Assembly: GCF_006345805.1 (NCBI RefSeq) | Contig: NC_043002.1 | Location: 94,116,001 to 94,180,000, forward strand | DNA length: 64,000 bases | Source of the DNA: Octopus sinensis | Taxonomy: Eukaryota | Direction: 5' to 3' | The notes under the pieces: generated by a model | What the model saw: the letters and a program-made list of their open reading frames with translations, nothing else | Databases searched by the model: none | Told to the model about the DNA's origin: nothing | Translations under genes and position numbers: made by a program | In this document: piece by piece, positions 63,782 to 64,000 of the stretch | How the letters are laid out: each line of letters opens with the position of its first letter | Position numbering within the stretch: the stretch's first letter is position 1

Positions 63782-63858
63782 CTCTTCCCAATAAAAGATC
63801 TGTTAGTGTTTTCTGTGAGGTGTGCGCTTGTGTATGCCCACACTTGTATTACAGCGAG
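63782..63858 (-). CDS. Candidate upstream exon (signal-peptide end)
   Basis: Strong acceptor TTTTTTTCTTTTTCAG; reads LAVIQVWAYTSAHLTENTNRSFIGK; weak donor AG|GTGTAT; link to the 61-kb exon unproven. Confidence 0.25.
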
Positions 63859-63976
63859 CTGAAAAAGAAAAAAAGTTATGCGCACACAAGGTTTTCAAGA
63901 TGAAATCAGATTGTTTTGTAACTGAAGATGATTACTCAAATAATTTGCAAAGAAAGGTAAAATTTGTACAAAGAAG

Positions 63977-64000
63977 GGATCTTTTCGGTTTGAACGGCAG
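63977..64000. mobile_element. TTAGGG-MITE TIR, copy 6 (cut by window edge)
   Basis: GGATCTTTTCGGTTTGAACGGCAG is identical to the family TIR. Confidence 0.85.

Overview
Eukaryotic, AT-rich, repeat-saturated genomic DNA. No prokaryotic features are present. The SINE families and microsatellite load resemble octopus/coleoid cephalopod DNA (inference from recalled repeat sequences, not a search). Nearly all ORFs in the supplied track are microsatellite artefacts or decayed transposon ORFs. The only credible host coding sequence is a minus-strand terminal exon at 61025-61242 encoding the C-terminal half of a Ly6/uPAR (three-finger, quiver/sleepless-like) domain plus a GPI-type hydrophobic tail. 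Decayed elements include a hAT (Charlie/Buster-type) transposase, a Chapaev3 transposase, mariner and Tigger remnants, a Tx1/L1-clade LINE, RTE LINEs, several R4/Dong-like retrotransposons in (TAA)n tracts, Helitrons, MITEs and at least four tRNA-type SINE families. The most interesting observations are: (1) a minimal hammerhead ribozyme with a compensatory U3-A8 core in a Penelope-type pseudo-LTR (3763-3804, minus), with the same U3/A8 pair in a diverged relative at 38.26 kb; (2) six copies of a ~440-470 bp GG...CC-ended MITE with 8-bp target duplications carrying internal TTAGGG repeats; (3) a 3.7-kb almost C-free codon-phased higher-order microsatellite array; (4) an inverted duplication of a hAT terminus; (5) an inverted RTE with an apparently locally templated insert at its breakpoint. 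I found no clearly new multi-gene system. SINE and remnant boundaries are approximate (about +/-10 bp) unless fixed by a TSD.
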